From NCBI GenBank assembly GCA_035540955.1, contig DATLFP010000058.1, forward strand, positions 4,340 to 68,339: a stretch of 64,000 bases of DNA, written 5' to 3'. The DNA is from Acidimicrobiales bacterium (GTDB lineage Bacteria; Actinomycetota; Acidimicrobiia; Acidimicrobiales; CADCSY01). The notes beneath the pieces are model-generated. The model saw nothing but the letters and a program-made list of their open reading frames with translations, ran no database searches and had not been told where the DNA came from. Positions 1 to 10,949 of the stretch are shown here, piece by piece; position 1 is the first letter of the stretch; each line of letters starts with the position of its first letter. Position numbers and translations under genes: made by a program.

Positions 1-915
1 CACTCGGGTCCGCTGGGCTTCATGGGCATCGTGCAGCTGATGGGCGGCACGATCGTCGTGCAGCGGCACTTCGACGCCGAGGAGTGGCTGCGGCTCATCC
101 AGGACCACAAGGTGACCACGACGTTCTCGGCGCCGACCCCGCTGCGACGGGTCGTCGACCTGCCCGAGGAGGTGCGGGCCAAGTACGACTACTCGTCGAT
201 GAAGCGGTTCGTCGCCAACGCCGCTCCGTGGCCGTTCGAGCTCAAGCGCAAGTACGTCGAGCGCCTGGGCGACGGTTCGCTGTGGGAGGTGTACGGCTCG
301 ACCGAGCTCGGCGTGAACACGGTGCTGAAGCCCGAGGACCAGATGCGCAAGCCCGGCTCGTGCGGGCAGGCAGCACCGATGGTGGAGGTGGCGCTGTTCG
401 ACGAGGAGGGCAACCGGGTCGAGAAGCCGATGGAGCCCGGTGAGCTGTTCGTGCGGTCGGCCGGCGCGTTCGACACCTACTACAAGGCCGAAGAGAAGTA
501 CGAGGAGAACAAGCGCGGCGACTGGATCACCGTCGGCGACATCGCCTACTTCGACGACGAGGGGTTCTTCTACATCTGCGACCGCAAGAACGACATGATC
601 ATCAGCGGCGGGATGAACATCTACCCGGCGGAGATCGAGGCCGTGCTGGTCGCCCATCCCGCCATCGCCGACGCCGCCGTGTTCGGGGTGCCCTCCGACG
701 AGTGGGGTGAGTCGGTGCACGCCACGATCACCGAGTACGAGGGCCAGTCGGCGACCGACGAGGAGATCCAGCAGTTCTGCCGCGACCACCTCGCGTCGTA
801 CAAGATCCCCCGCTCGATCGACCGCATGGAGGAGATCCCCCGCTCGGCCAGCGGGAAGGTCCTCAAGAAGGAGCTCCGCGCCCCCTACTGGGCCGACCGC
901 CAGACCAACGTCTAG
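1..915 (+). CDS. AMP-dependent acyl-CoA synthetase/ligase, C-terminal part (5' end lies outside the window)
   Basis: Frame 1 is open from nt 1. The translation carries adenylate-forming enzyme motifs (YGSTE, GDIAYFDDEGFFYICDRKNDMIISGG, PRSASGKVLKKELR). Confidence 0.9.
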   Translation, partial: HSGPLGFMGIVQLMGGTIVVQRHFDAEEWLRLIQDHKVTTTFSAPTPLRRVVDLPEEVRAKYDYSSMKRFVANAAPWPFELKRKYVERLGDGSLWEVYGSTELGVNTVLKPEDQMRKPGSCGQAAPMVEVALFDEEGNRVEKPMEPGELFVRSAGAFDTYYKAEEKYEENKRGDWITVGDIAYFDDEGFFYICDRKNDMIISGGMNIYPAEIEAVLVAHPAIADAAVFGVPSDEWGESVHATITEYEGQSATDEEIQQFCRDHLASYKIPRSIDRMEEIPRSASGKVLKKELRAPYWADRQTNV

Positions 916-962
916 TTCTGTGTCGATTCACCGGCGGTATTCGACGGTGGATCGACGCAGAA
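916..962 (+). terminator. stem-loop directly after the acyl-CoA synthetase stop
   Basis: Arms are TTCTGTGTCGATTCACC (916-932) and GGTGGATCGACGCAGAA (946-962), giving 15 Watson-Crick plus 2 G-U pairs and a 13-nt loop. It begins 1 nt after the TAG at 913-915. There is no U-tract. Confidence 0.4.
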
Positions 963-1094
963 CGGGGGAGCGGCGGGGCATCGTGACGACCCTGTTACAG
1001 GGGCCTACGAGGGTTGACGGGAGGGGACGGCGGGGACACAGGTCGCACCCGTCACATGACCGAGCGCAGGAACGAGAGGCAGGTAGGCTGAAGC

Positions 1095-1298
1095 ATGACC
1101 TCAACCAACACGGTCGAAGAGCCGATGGAGCTCAACATGACGGAGACACTCGAGGCGACGCAGGTCTTGGCCGATGCCCTCGCAGTCATCGACCGAGGTC
1201 TGTCCGAGATGCTCCACCGAGAGCTCGTCTCGACCGACGAGGTCGCCGACCTGCTGCTCGACGTGCGCATGATCCTCGCCGGCACCGCCGCCAACTAG
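1095..1298 (+). CDS. hypothetical small acidic helical protein (67 aa)
   Basis: ATG-initiated ORF with GC-rich third codon positions like neighbouring genes. Stem-loops flank it on both sides (916-962 and 1321-1344). I recognise no family. Confidence 0.55.
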   Translation: MTSTNTVEEPMELNMTETLEATQVLADALAVIDRGLSEMLHRELVSTDEVADLLLDVRMILAGTAAN

Positions 1299-1320
1299 CG
1301 CCCGGCCGCCAGGTCTGACC

Positions 1321-1355
1321 GGAGCCGCCCCACGGGGCGGCTCCGTGCGTTTTCC
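1321..1355. terminator. intrinsic-terminator-like hairpin between convergent genes
   Basis: GGAGCCGCCC-cacg-GGGCGGCTCC forms a perfect 10-bp stem (1321-1344), followed by GTGCGTTTTCC. It lies between the + gene ending at 1298 and the - gene ending at 1366. Confidence 0.65.
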
Positions 1356-1365
1356 ACCCGGTGTC

Positions 1366-2712
1366 TCAGGCGTACGCGAGGAGCTCGTCGAAGGACTCGA
1401 CCAGGCACGCCTTCAGCAGCGCGGGATCGTCGATGGCGGCGGTGTCGATCACGCACCCCATGTCGAGGTTGCCGGCGAAGGACAGGGTGGTGAGGTTGAA
1501 CGCGGTGCCGGCCATGGGACCGATCGGATAGTTCCCCTCGATCCTCGCGCCGCAGATGAACAGCTCGAACGGCGCACCCCGCACGTTCGAGGTGGTGAAG
1601 TCCACGGTGCCCACCTGCTGGCGGGCGAAGCGGGTGAGCAGCTGATTGGGCAGCGGCGACAGCAGCCCGGCCACCGATGACGCGAGGCCCACCGCCCGTT
1701 CGGTCTTCGTGACGTTGATGGCGTCTCGGATGGCGGCGAAGCGCACCTCGGGGTCCTCGATCCCCACCGGCACGAGCATCCGGGTCGGCGTGAAGGCGTT
1801 TCCGCCGGCGCCCTTGTCGGTCCGGGTCGAGATCGGCATCGCCATGCGCAGCTCGTCGACCGTTGCGCCCTTGGCCCGGTGGTACGCCCCCGCCGCCCCG
1901 GCCGCACCGCACACGAAGAGATCGTTCACCGATCCGCCGAGGGCGCCGGCGGCGGCCTTCGTCCGGTCGAGGGGGATCGACAGGATCTCGAGGTGGCGCC
2001 GCAGCGATCGCTCGCACCAGAGCGGCGACCGGGCCGGCTCGCTCACCGCCAGCTGGCGCAGGACCGACCGCACCATCTCCACCGGGTTGCCGCCGGTGAG
2101 GGCATCGACGCCGCCCCGGGCCATCCCCAGCGGCACCCGCACCGCGCTGCGGACGGCGTCGACGGCGCTCGAACCCCCCTCGCGCTCGACGATCGCCGGC
2201 TCGGGCACGCCGCCCAGCGGCTCGGTGGCGTCGCGGGCGAGGTCGAGGAACATGGCCGACAGCCGCACACCCCCCTCGCCGTCGGTGATCGTGTGGTGGA
2301 GCTTCTGCACCATCGCCGCTCGCCCGTCGGCCATGCCCTCGACCACGGTGAACTGCCAGAGGGGCCGGGCCCGGTCGAACGGGTCGAGCGAGAGGCGGGC
2401 GGCGAGGTCGAGCACGGCCCGCTCGTCGCCGGGCGCCGGCGCGCCCACCCGGCGGACGTGGAAGTCGAGATCGAAGAACGGATCGTCGACCCACTCCGGG
2501 TTGGCGATGCCCGGCGGGTCGCTCACCCGCTGCCGCAGACGCGGCAGGGCCTCGATGGCGAGCAGCATCCGCTCCCGGAACCGTTCGACGTCGGGCATCC
2601 GGTCGAGGAACGTGACGTTGGCGAAGGTCGACCGCAGGACGGGGTCGTCCTCCAGCGCCCACATCAGCGCCTCGGTGTCGGACATGCGACGCTCGAACCG
2701 CAGGGGCGGCAT
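1366..2712 (-). CDS. wax ester synthase / diacylglycerol O-acyltransferase (WS/DGAT) family
   Basis: The active-site motif HHTITDGEGG (HHxxxDG) is present and the length is typical (~449 aa). Start taken at ATG 2712 (MPPLRFERRMSDTEALMW), with ATG 2685 as an alternative. The longer track ORF to 3165 runs antisense through the next gene. Confidence 0.9.
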   Translation of the reverse strand: MPPLRFERRMSDTEALMWALEDDPVLRSTFANVTFLDRMPDVERFRERMLLAIEALPRLRQRVSDPPGIANPEWVDDPFFDLDFHVRRVGAPAPGDERAVLDLAARLSLDPFDRARPLWQFTVVEGMADGRAAMVQKLHHTITDGEGGVRLSAMFLDLARDATEPLGGVPEPAIVEREGGSSAVDAVRSAVRVPLGMARGGVDALTGGNPVEMVRSVLRQLAVSEPARSPLWCERSLRRHLEILSIPLDRTKAAAGALGGSVNDLFVCGAAGAAGAYHRAKGATVDELRMAMPISTRTDKGAGGNAFTPTRMLVPVGIEDPEVRFAAIRDAINVTKTERAVGLASSVAGLLSPLPNQLLTRFARQQVGTVDFTTSNVRGAPFELFICGARIEGNYPIGPMAGTAFNLTTLSFAGNLDMGCVIDTAAIDDPALLKACLVESFDELLAYA

Positions 2713-2723
2713 GCGGCGCGACG

Positions 2724-3326
2724 CTAGCGACTCAGCGTGGTGTGCTTGAACTCGTTGAGCTCGGGCCAACCGCCGAGCAGCCCGACGACGCGCTCGATCG
2801 CCTTGGACGGGTCGTGGATGCCGTCGCGCGGACGGTCCATGAGGCGGACGAAGGCGGCGCGGTCGTCGACGATGAACGTGGGAACGCCCCACACCGTGTG
2901 CTCGGAGACGCCCCGCTCGTGCTCGTCGCGCACCGTCTTCAGCGGCCAGCCGGACGTGACCTCGGCGAAGGCGGCGTCGACATCGACGCCGGCCCCCGCG
3001 AGCGCCGACCGCAGCTCGTCCTCGTCGCGCTGGCTCTTGCCGTGGTCGTGGCGGATGCCGAACAGCGCGAGGTGGGCGTCGAGGAACCGGTCGGGCTGGG
3101 TGTCTCGGATGGCGATCCCCAGCTGCAGGGCCAGCAGCCCGGAGTCCTTCTCCGGCTCGTCCCACACCGACGTCTCCCCCTCGGCGACCTTGTTCTGGCT
3201 CAGGGAGAACGCCAGGAACCGGACATCCCAGTCGGCCCCCGCCCGCAGCCCCTCGACCACGTGCTCATGGGCGTTGCGGGCAAACGGGCAGCGGTAGTCG
3301 AAGGTGACCCCGAACGAGAGCGCCAT
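2724..3326 (-). CDS. DsbA-like thioredoxin-fold protein (single-Cys CPFA motif)
   Basis: 200 aa. It has N-terminal FDYRCPFARNAHE and C-terminal VWGVPTFIVDD, as in DsbA/HCCA-isomerase-like proteins. Confidence 0.75.
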   Translation of the reverse strand: MALSFGVTFDYRCPFARNAHEHVVEGLRAGADWDVRFLAFSLSQNKVAEGETSVWDEPEKDSGLLALQLGIAIRDTQPDRFLDAHLALFGIRHDHGKSQRDEDELRSALAGAGVDVDAAFAEVTSGWPLKTVRDEHERGVSEHTVWGVPTFIVDDRAAFVRLMDRPRDGIHDPSKAIERVVGLLGGWPELNEFKHTTLSR

Positions 3327-3341
3327 ACCGATCCCAACCCC

Positions 3342-3953
3342 TCAGATGCGCCAGATCTTCCGGACCAGCCTGCCCAGCCCGACGCCGATCAACGCCCCGG
3401 CGGCCACATCCGACCCGTGGTGGATGCGCACGTGGACCCGGCTCGAGGCCACGATGGCCGCCAGGCCGTACCAGGCGAGGCGCCGGGATCGGGGCCGACC
3501 GGCGGCGAGCAGGGTGGCGGCCATGAACCCCGAGGTGGCGTGGCCGCTCGGGAACGAGCTCGACCGGGGCGTGCGCAGCCTCCGGGTGGCGTGGGCCACC
3601 CGGGGGGGCCGGGTGCGCCGGAACAGGGACTTCACGCCGAGGTTGATCACCGCCGACTCGACCCCGAGGGACACCGCCAGCCGCACCGCCTCCCGCTCCC
3701 CACCCCCGAGGGCCCGGGTGACGGCGGCGATGTGCCACAGCAGGGAGAAGTCGCCCACCGCCGAGGCGCCGTAGAGCACGCGGTCGGCCACCGGATGGCC
3801 CCGGATGCGGTCGAACGCCCGATCGACCTCGTCGTCGAAGGCCTTGACCGCCGCGCCGAGCCGGCCCGGGAGGACCTCGGCCGCGGGACCGGGCTCGGGG
3901 CGGTACGCGCCGGGCGGCTCAGCGTCGAACACCTCGGTGATGACGTCGGCCAC
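3342..3953 (-). CDS. PAP2 superfamily phosphatase (membrane)
   Basis: The three PAP2 motifs are present: KSLFRRTRP, PSGH, SRVHVRIHHGSD. Start taken at GTG 3953, 11 nt after the upstream gene's stop. The upstream part of the track ORF overlaps the nuclease gene out of frame. Confidence 0.8.
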   Translation of the reverse strand: MADVITEVFDAEPPGAYRPEPGPAAEVLPGRLGAAVKAFDDEVDRAFDRIRGHPVADRVLYGASAVGDFSLLWHIAAVTRALGGGEREAVRLAVSLGVESAVINLGVKSLFRRTRPPRVAHATRRLRTPRSSSFPSGHATSGFMAATLLAAGRPRSRRLAWYGLAAIVASSRVHVRIHHGSDVAAGALIGVGLGRLVRKIWRI

Positions 3954-3963
3954 GCCAGGGACG

Positions 3964-4743
3964 TTACGAGGCCAGCGCGCTCCCGCCGAACGCGGGGCAG
4001 TGATCCCGGAACGCGCACCAGGTGCAGAGCGTCCCCGGCTTGGGCCGGAAGTCGTCTCGTTCGCAGGCCCGCTCGATCGCCGACCAGATGGCGCCCACCT
4101 TCCGCTCGAGGCCACGCGTCGACTGCTCGCTCGGGGTGGCGATGATGGCCACCGGCTCCCCGAGGTAGAGCAGCTGGATGCGGGCCGGGCGCCGGCCGAA
4201 CAGCTTCTCGCACAGGTAGGCGTAGAAGTGGACACCCGTGAGCCGGCCCTGCTCGAACCGCTCGCCGGGGACCTTGCCCGTCTTGTAGTCGGTGACGACC
4301 AGCTCACCGTCCTCGTCGAGCTCGAGGCGGTCGATGATGCCCCGCAGGTGGACGCTGTCGTTGAGGGGGGTCGACAGGAAGAGCTCGAGGCCGATCGGCC
4401 GGATCGTCGTCGGGTCCTCGAGCTGGAAGTACCGGCGCACGAGCTCCTCGGCCGAGGCCCGGAACGCCGCCTCGTCGTCGAGGACGAGGCCGGCGTACTC
4501 CTCGCCGAGCATGACGTCGTCCCACGACCGCGCCAGATCGTCGAGGGCGTGGTCGAGCGTGCGCTCCGCCGGTTCGCGCCCGTAGAGCAGCTCGAGGGCG
4601 CGGTGCACGAGGGTGCCCTTGGCGGCCGGCGACGACGGCGGCTCGGGGAGCCGGTCGATCACCGCGTACTTGAAGGCGAGGGCGCAGTCGCGGAACGCGA
4701 CGACCTTCGACGGTGACAGCGACGCCGGCAGCTCCAAGCCCAC
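3964..4743 (-). CDS. RecB-family PD-(D/E)XK exonuclease (Cas4-like Cys cluster)
   Basis: N-terminal SLSPSKVVAFRDCALAFKYAVIDRLPEPP, a core IIDRLELDEDGELVVTDYKTG (D...D/EYK), and C-terminal CTWCAFRDHC. GTG start. Confidence 0.85.
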   Translation of the reverse strand: MGLELPASLSPSKVVAFRDCALAFKYAVIDRLPEPPSSPAAKGTLVHRALELLYGREPAERTLDHALDDLARSWDDVMLGEEYAGLVLDDEAAFRASAEELVRRYFQLEDPTTIRPIGLELFLSTPLNDSVHLRGIIDRLELDEDGELVVTDYKTGKVPGERFEQGRLTGVHFYAYLCEKLFGRRPARIQLLYLGEPVAIIATPSEQSTRGLERKVGAIWSAIERACERDDFRPKPGTLCTWCAFRDHCPAFGGSALAS

Positions 4744-4781
4744 GGCACGACCGTAACGAGGGCCTGTGACAGTCTGGGTGG

Positions 4782-5165
4782 ATGGGTGACGACGAGGCCG
4801 TCCTCGCCGCCAACCGGACCTTCTACGGGGCCTTCGAGGCGAGGGACATGGACGCCATGTCCGATCTGTGGGAGCACTCGGACCGCGCCGCCTGCGTGCA
4901 CCCCGGCTGGGGGAGCCTGGCGGGCTGGGGCGCCATCTCGGCGTCGTGGTTCGCCCTGTTCCAGAACGGCGAGAACCTGCAGTTCATCATCACCAACGAG
5001 CGGGTGGCGGTGGAGGGCGACGTCGCCTGGGTCTCCTGCGACGAGAACATCCTCGCCGACGAGGTGGGGGGCACCGTGGCGGCCATGAACGTCTTCGTGC
5101 GCCACCCGGACCGCTGGCGGCTGGTCGTGCACCACGGCTCCTCGGTGGCCGAGCGCCGCCGCTGA
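4782..5165 (+). CDS. SnoaL-like / NTF2-fold protein
   Basis: 127 aa. N-terminal AANRTFYGAFEARDMDAMSDLW is typical of SnoaL/DUF4440 polyketide-cyclase-like folds. Confidence 0.75.
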   Translation: MGDDEAVLAANRTFYGAFEARDMDAMSDLWEHSDRAACVHPGWGSLAGWGAISASWFALFQNGENLQFIITNERVAVEGDVAWVSCDENILADEVGGTVAAMNVFVRHPDRWRLVVHHGSSVAERRR

Positions 5166-5228
5166 GGGAGCCGGGAAGGGTCGCCGGGCCGTCCCGGCGA
5201 AGTTGACCTCCGAGAAAGGGGTCAACAC

Positions 5229-6765
5229 ATGCAGAACGCGCTCGAGCAGGTGCGAAGCCTGCGGGGCAAGACCGGCGCGGCCGCCGCCGTGGGCCTCGGC
5301 GCGGCCGCCGTGTGGCTCGTGCTGCTGGCCGTGGTCGGCGCCATCGCCGTGTCCGGAGACCGCACCGACGCCGGGACCGGTGTGTCGGCCGTGGGCGGGC
5401 TGCCGGGCCAGCAGTCGACCTCGCCGTCGGGTCCGGGCGCCCCCGGCGACGGGGCGACCACGGTGCCCGTCGGGGAGGTGCCGGCGGACGCGTCGGTGCC
5501 CCAGCCCGGCGAGCCGTCGCTCACGACCGAGCCGGGCGCGCCTGCCCCCACCGGCGGAGGCGGCGGCAGCGGTGCCGCCGGCGGGCCGGCGCCGGCCGCG
5601 GCGCCGGGCGCCCCGGGCGACTCGACGGGCGTGACCGACAGCGAGATCCGGGTCGGGATCCACGCCCCGCTCACCTTCAGCGGCGTTCCCCTGAACCTCG
5701 CCGAGGACCCGATCAAGGGCGTCTACACCTACACCGACTACATCAACAACCACGGCGGCATCAACGGTCGCAAGATCGTCCTCGACATCCAGGACGACCG
5801 CTACGACAACGAGGGCGCCCGCAACTCGGCCCAGACCCTCATCAACGACCACCAGAACTTCCTCGTGTCGGGCACCCTCGGCATCGACCAGGTCGGCATC
5901 GTCGCCGCCGAGGCTGCCAAGCGGGGCGTGCCCTACACGGCGGCCGGTGGCGTCGAGTCGGCGGCGATCCCCGGCATGTACCAGCTGAGCGCCAGCTACA
6001 CGACGCACGCCCTGAAGCTCGCGCAGTTCATGGCCAAGGACGACGCGCTGAAGGATCTGAAGAAGATCGGGATCCTCGCCGTCGACTCGCAGTTCGTGAA
6101 GCCGCTGATCGACGAGTTCAAGGCGGAGGCGGAGAAGCTCGGCTTCGAGATCGTCGCCGTCGTCTACAACCAGAAGCCGGCTCAGAACCCCGACTACAAC
6201 GGGTACGTCCTGCGCTTCCGGCAGGCCGGCACGCAGGTGCTCGTCCCCTTCACCGACCCGCTCACGACGCAGCAGATCGTGCAGCGCTGTGCCGCCGGTG
6301 CCGCCTGCGGGTGGACCTACACCTTCTCCAACTTCGCGCACGACAGCGACACCGCGCTCACGCTCTTCACGCCGACGTGGGCCACCCAGCGCGTCAGGGG
6401 CCTCTCCGCAGGCTGCTACTACATGGCGCCCGAGGTCGAGGGTGACAACTGCGCGCAGATGCGCGTCGCCCGTGAGCAGTGGATCGAGGCCCACGGCGAG
6501 GATGACTGGGTCGAGAACGGCTCCGGTGGCGCCACGGGATACCAGATCGTCTCCTTCCTCAAGGGCGCGCTCCAGCAGGCCGGGCGCGACCTCACCCGGG
6601 AGCGCTTCCGCGGCGCGCTCGCCGCGTACAACGGCTACGCCGACCTGATCACGGGTCCGATCACGTTCGCCGGGCGGAGCAACACGATGCACGGCGCCGA
6701 GCGGATGACCGTGCTCGAAGCGCAGTCGAACAACAAGTACAAGATGATCACGCCCGGGTTCGTCG

Positions 6766-6776
<11 letters not shown>
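5229..6776 (+). CDS. ABC transporter substrate-binding protein, branched-chain amino acid (LivJ/Peripla_BP_6) type, membrane-anchored
   Basis: N-terminal TM helix (AAAVWLVLLAVVGAIAV), no lipobox Cys, a ~90-aa Pro/Gly/Ala linker, then a type-I periplasmic binding fold (IRVGIHAPLTF...GINGRKIVLDIQDD). Confidence 0.9.
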
Positions 6777-8312
<1,536 letters not shown>

Positions 8313-8316
<4 letters not shown>

Positions 8317-10292
8317 TCGAAGACCTCTTCTCCTACATCGTCATCGGTCTCAGCCGCGGCCTCGTCTACGGCATCCTCGCCCTCGGCCTCGTGCTCGTCT
8401 ACAAGGGCACCAAGATCCTCAATCTGGCGCAGCCGTTCTTCGGCCTCCTCGGCGCCTTCCTCTGCTGGTGGCTCACCGCCCGGGCCGGGTTCCTGCCCTT
8501 CGACGCAATGACCCGGCCCCGCATGGTCCTGGCCGCCGTGATCAGCGTCGCTCTCGTCGCCCTCAACGGGATCGGCCTCGAGCGGTCGCTGTTCCACCGC
8601 CTGCGCCACGCGCCGCGGTTGGTCACCCTGGTGGCCACGCTGGCGATCGGGCAGGGGACCGTCGGTCTGGTCACCATCCTCTTCGCCCGCAACCAGGAGC
8701 AGGCGGAGACCCTGCGGATCATCCCCAGCGGCATCCGCCACGTCGTCGAGCTGGGCGACGTGAACCTCACCGGCGGCGACCTGCAGGTCATCCTGGTCGT
8801 GCCGCTCGTCGCCCTCGCCCTCGCCCTGTACTTCAAGCGCTCCCGGTTCGGTGTGGCGATCCGCGCCGCGGCCGAGAACGGCGACGCGGCGCGGCTGCTC
8901 GGCGTGTCGGTCGACCGCGTCGCCATGTTCGTGTGGGCGGCCGGCTCCGCGCTCGCGGCCATCGCCGGCATCCTGCTGGCCACCAAGGACGGCTCGCTGC
9001 AGCCCAGCACGCTGTCGGAGGGCTTCCTCGTCAAGGCCCTGGCCGCCGCCCTCATCGGTGGTCTCACGAGCCTGCCGGGCGCCATCGTCGGCGGGCTGGC
9101 GGTGGGCATCGGCGAGGCGGTGATCTCGGGCTGGTTCAGCGACACGATCGGCGCCAGCGAGATCGTCTTCTTCATCGCCGTCGTGCTCATCCTCGCGTTC
9201 CGGCCCCAGGGGTTCTTCGGCATCCGCGACGAGGCCGAGGACACCGCGGCGTTCGTCCCCGCCATCCGCGACCTGCCGCGCCGACTCCAGGAGACCGCCT
9301 ACCCGCTGCTCTTCGGCTGGGCGGGCAAGGCCACCTTCGTGTTCTTCGCCCTGGCGGTGAGCTGGGTCACCGGCTCGGCCACCAACGACGTCCTGTCGCA
9401 GGTGATGATCCTCGCGATGGTGGGGGTGAGCCTCACGGTGGTGATGGGCTTCACCGGCCAGATCTCGCTCGGCCACTGGGCCCTGGCCGGCGTCGGCGCG
9501 TTCGCGGCGGCCAACCTCTTCGGCCGGGCCGGCGTGCCGTTCCTCGTGACGCTGCCGCTCGTCTTCCTCATCGGCGCCGCCGTCAGCCTCGTCATCGGCC
9601 TGCCGGCGCTCCGCATCAAGGGGCTCTACCTGGCGGTGGTGACCGTCACCTTCAGCTACGCCGCCGAGCTGTTCCTCTTCAAGAGCGACGTGTTCGGGGG
9701 CGGCACGAGCGGCCGGTCGATGCCCGCCCCCCGGCTCGGCCCGCTCGATCTCGACAACCCGTCGAACCGGCCCATGTTCGTGTTCACGCTCATCCTGCTG
9801 CTGCTCAGCATGGCGCTGGCCCGCAACGTGCTGAAGAGCCGGGTCGGCCGGTCGTTCGTGGCGCTGCGGGAGAACGAGAAGGCGGCCGCCACCTTCGGCG
9901 TGCGCCTGGCGCCGACGCGGCTGATCGCGTTCGCGCTGTCGGGTGGCATCGCCGCTGTCGCCGGCCTCGCGTTCGCCGTCCGGGTCGGCACCGTCAACAA
10001 CACCGACTTCCACACCCAGACGTCGCTGTTGCTCGTGCTGATGGTCATCATCGGGGGCCTGCCGACCCTCTCGGGGCCGCTGCTCGGCTCCTTCGTGGTG
10101 TTCGGGTTGCCGTTCCTCCTCAAGTTCGACAACGGCTGGATCATCCCGATCGGGACCGGGATCCTGACCATCGTCGTGCTCATCAGGCTGCCCGGCGGCC
10201 TCGCCGGCGTGTTCCTCCGTGGCCGCCAGTCGGCCATCGAGACGCTGGTGGACCTGGAGGAGCAACCGGCGCCGGTACCGTCCGGCGCGTGA
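8313..10292 (+). CDS. fused branched-chain amino acid ABC permease (LivH-like + LivM-like)
   Basis: 659 aa and highly hydrophobic. The N-half resembles LivH (GLSRGLVYGILALGLVLVY) and the C-half LivM (GQISLGHWALAGVGAFAAA). The GTG start overlaps the ATPase stop (GTGA). Confidence 0.9.
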
Positions 10293-10930
10293 TCCGCGTC
10301 GACGGCGTCGCCCGCTCCTTCGGCGGGCACCCGGCCGTCGACGACGTCTCCTTCGCGGTGGGCGACGGTGAGGTGGTCGGCCTCCTCGGACCCAACGGCG
10401 CCGGCAAGACGACCACCATCCGCATCGTGCTCGGCCTGCTGCCCCCGGAGCGCGGTGCCGTGGAGGTCACCCGCCCGCTCGGCTACCTGCCCGAGCACCT
10501 CCAGCCCCACGACGGGATGACCGTCCGCGGGTACCTGCGCTTCATGTGCCGGCTCCGGCGCATTCCCGCAGGAGGCATCGACGGAGCGCTGCGCGACGCG
10601 GGGATCGAGGACCTCGCCCGCCGCCCGATCGGCCGCCTGAGCAAGGGCCAGCGCCAGCGGGTCGGACTGGCGCAGGCCGTCGTCGGCGACCCCCGCTCGC
10701 TGGTGCTCGACGAGCCCACGGCATCCCTCGACCCCAAGCAGGTCGTGGAGGTCCGGCGGCTCGTCCGCCAGCGGGCCGCGGCCGGCGCTGCGGTCCTCGT
10801 GTCCACCCACCTGCTCGCCGAGGCCGCGGCGATGTGCGACCGCGTGGTCGTCCTCAGCGCCGGGCGGGTGGTGGCCGTCGAGGCGCCCGGCCCCGACCTC
10901 GAACAGCGCTTCCTCCACCTGACGGGATGA
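10289..10930 (+). CDS. ABC-2 type transporter ATP-binding protein
   Basis: Walker [10 protein letters not shown], signature LSKGQRQRV, Walker B LVLDEPTASLD. The GTG at 10289 overlaps the permease stop (GTGA). It occupies the last third of track ORF 8468..10930. Confidence 0.85.
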   Translation: MIRVDGVARSFGGHPAVDDVSFAVGDGEVVGLLGPNGAGKTTTIRIVLGLLPPERGAVEVTRPLGYLPEHLQPHDGMTVRGYLRFMCRLRRIPAGGIDGALRDAGIEDLARRPIGRLSKGQRQRVGLAQAVVGDPRSLVLDEPTASLDPKQVVEVRRLVRQRAAAGAAVLVSTHLLAEAAAMCDRVVVLSAGRVVAVEAPGPDLEQRFLHLTG

Positions 10931-10949
10931 CGGTGGGAAGCGTGCTCGC

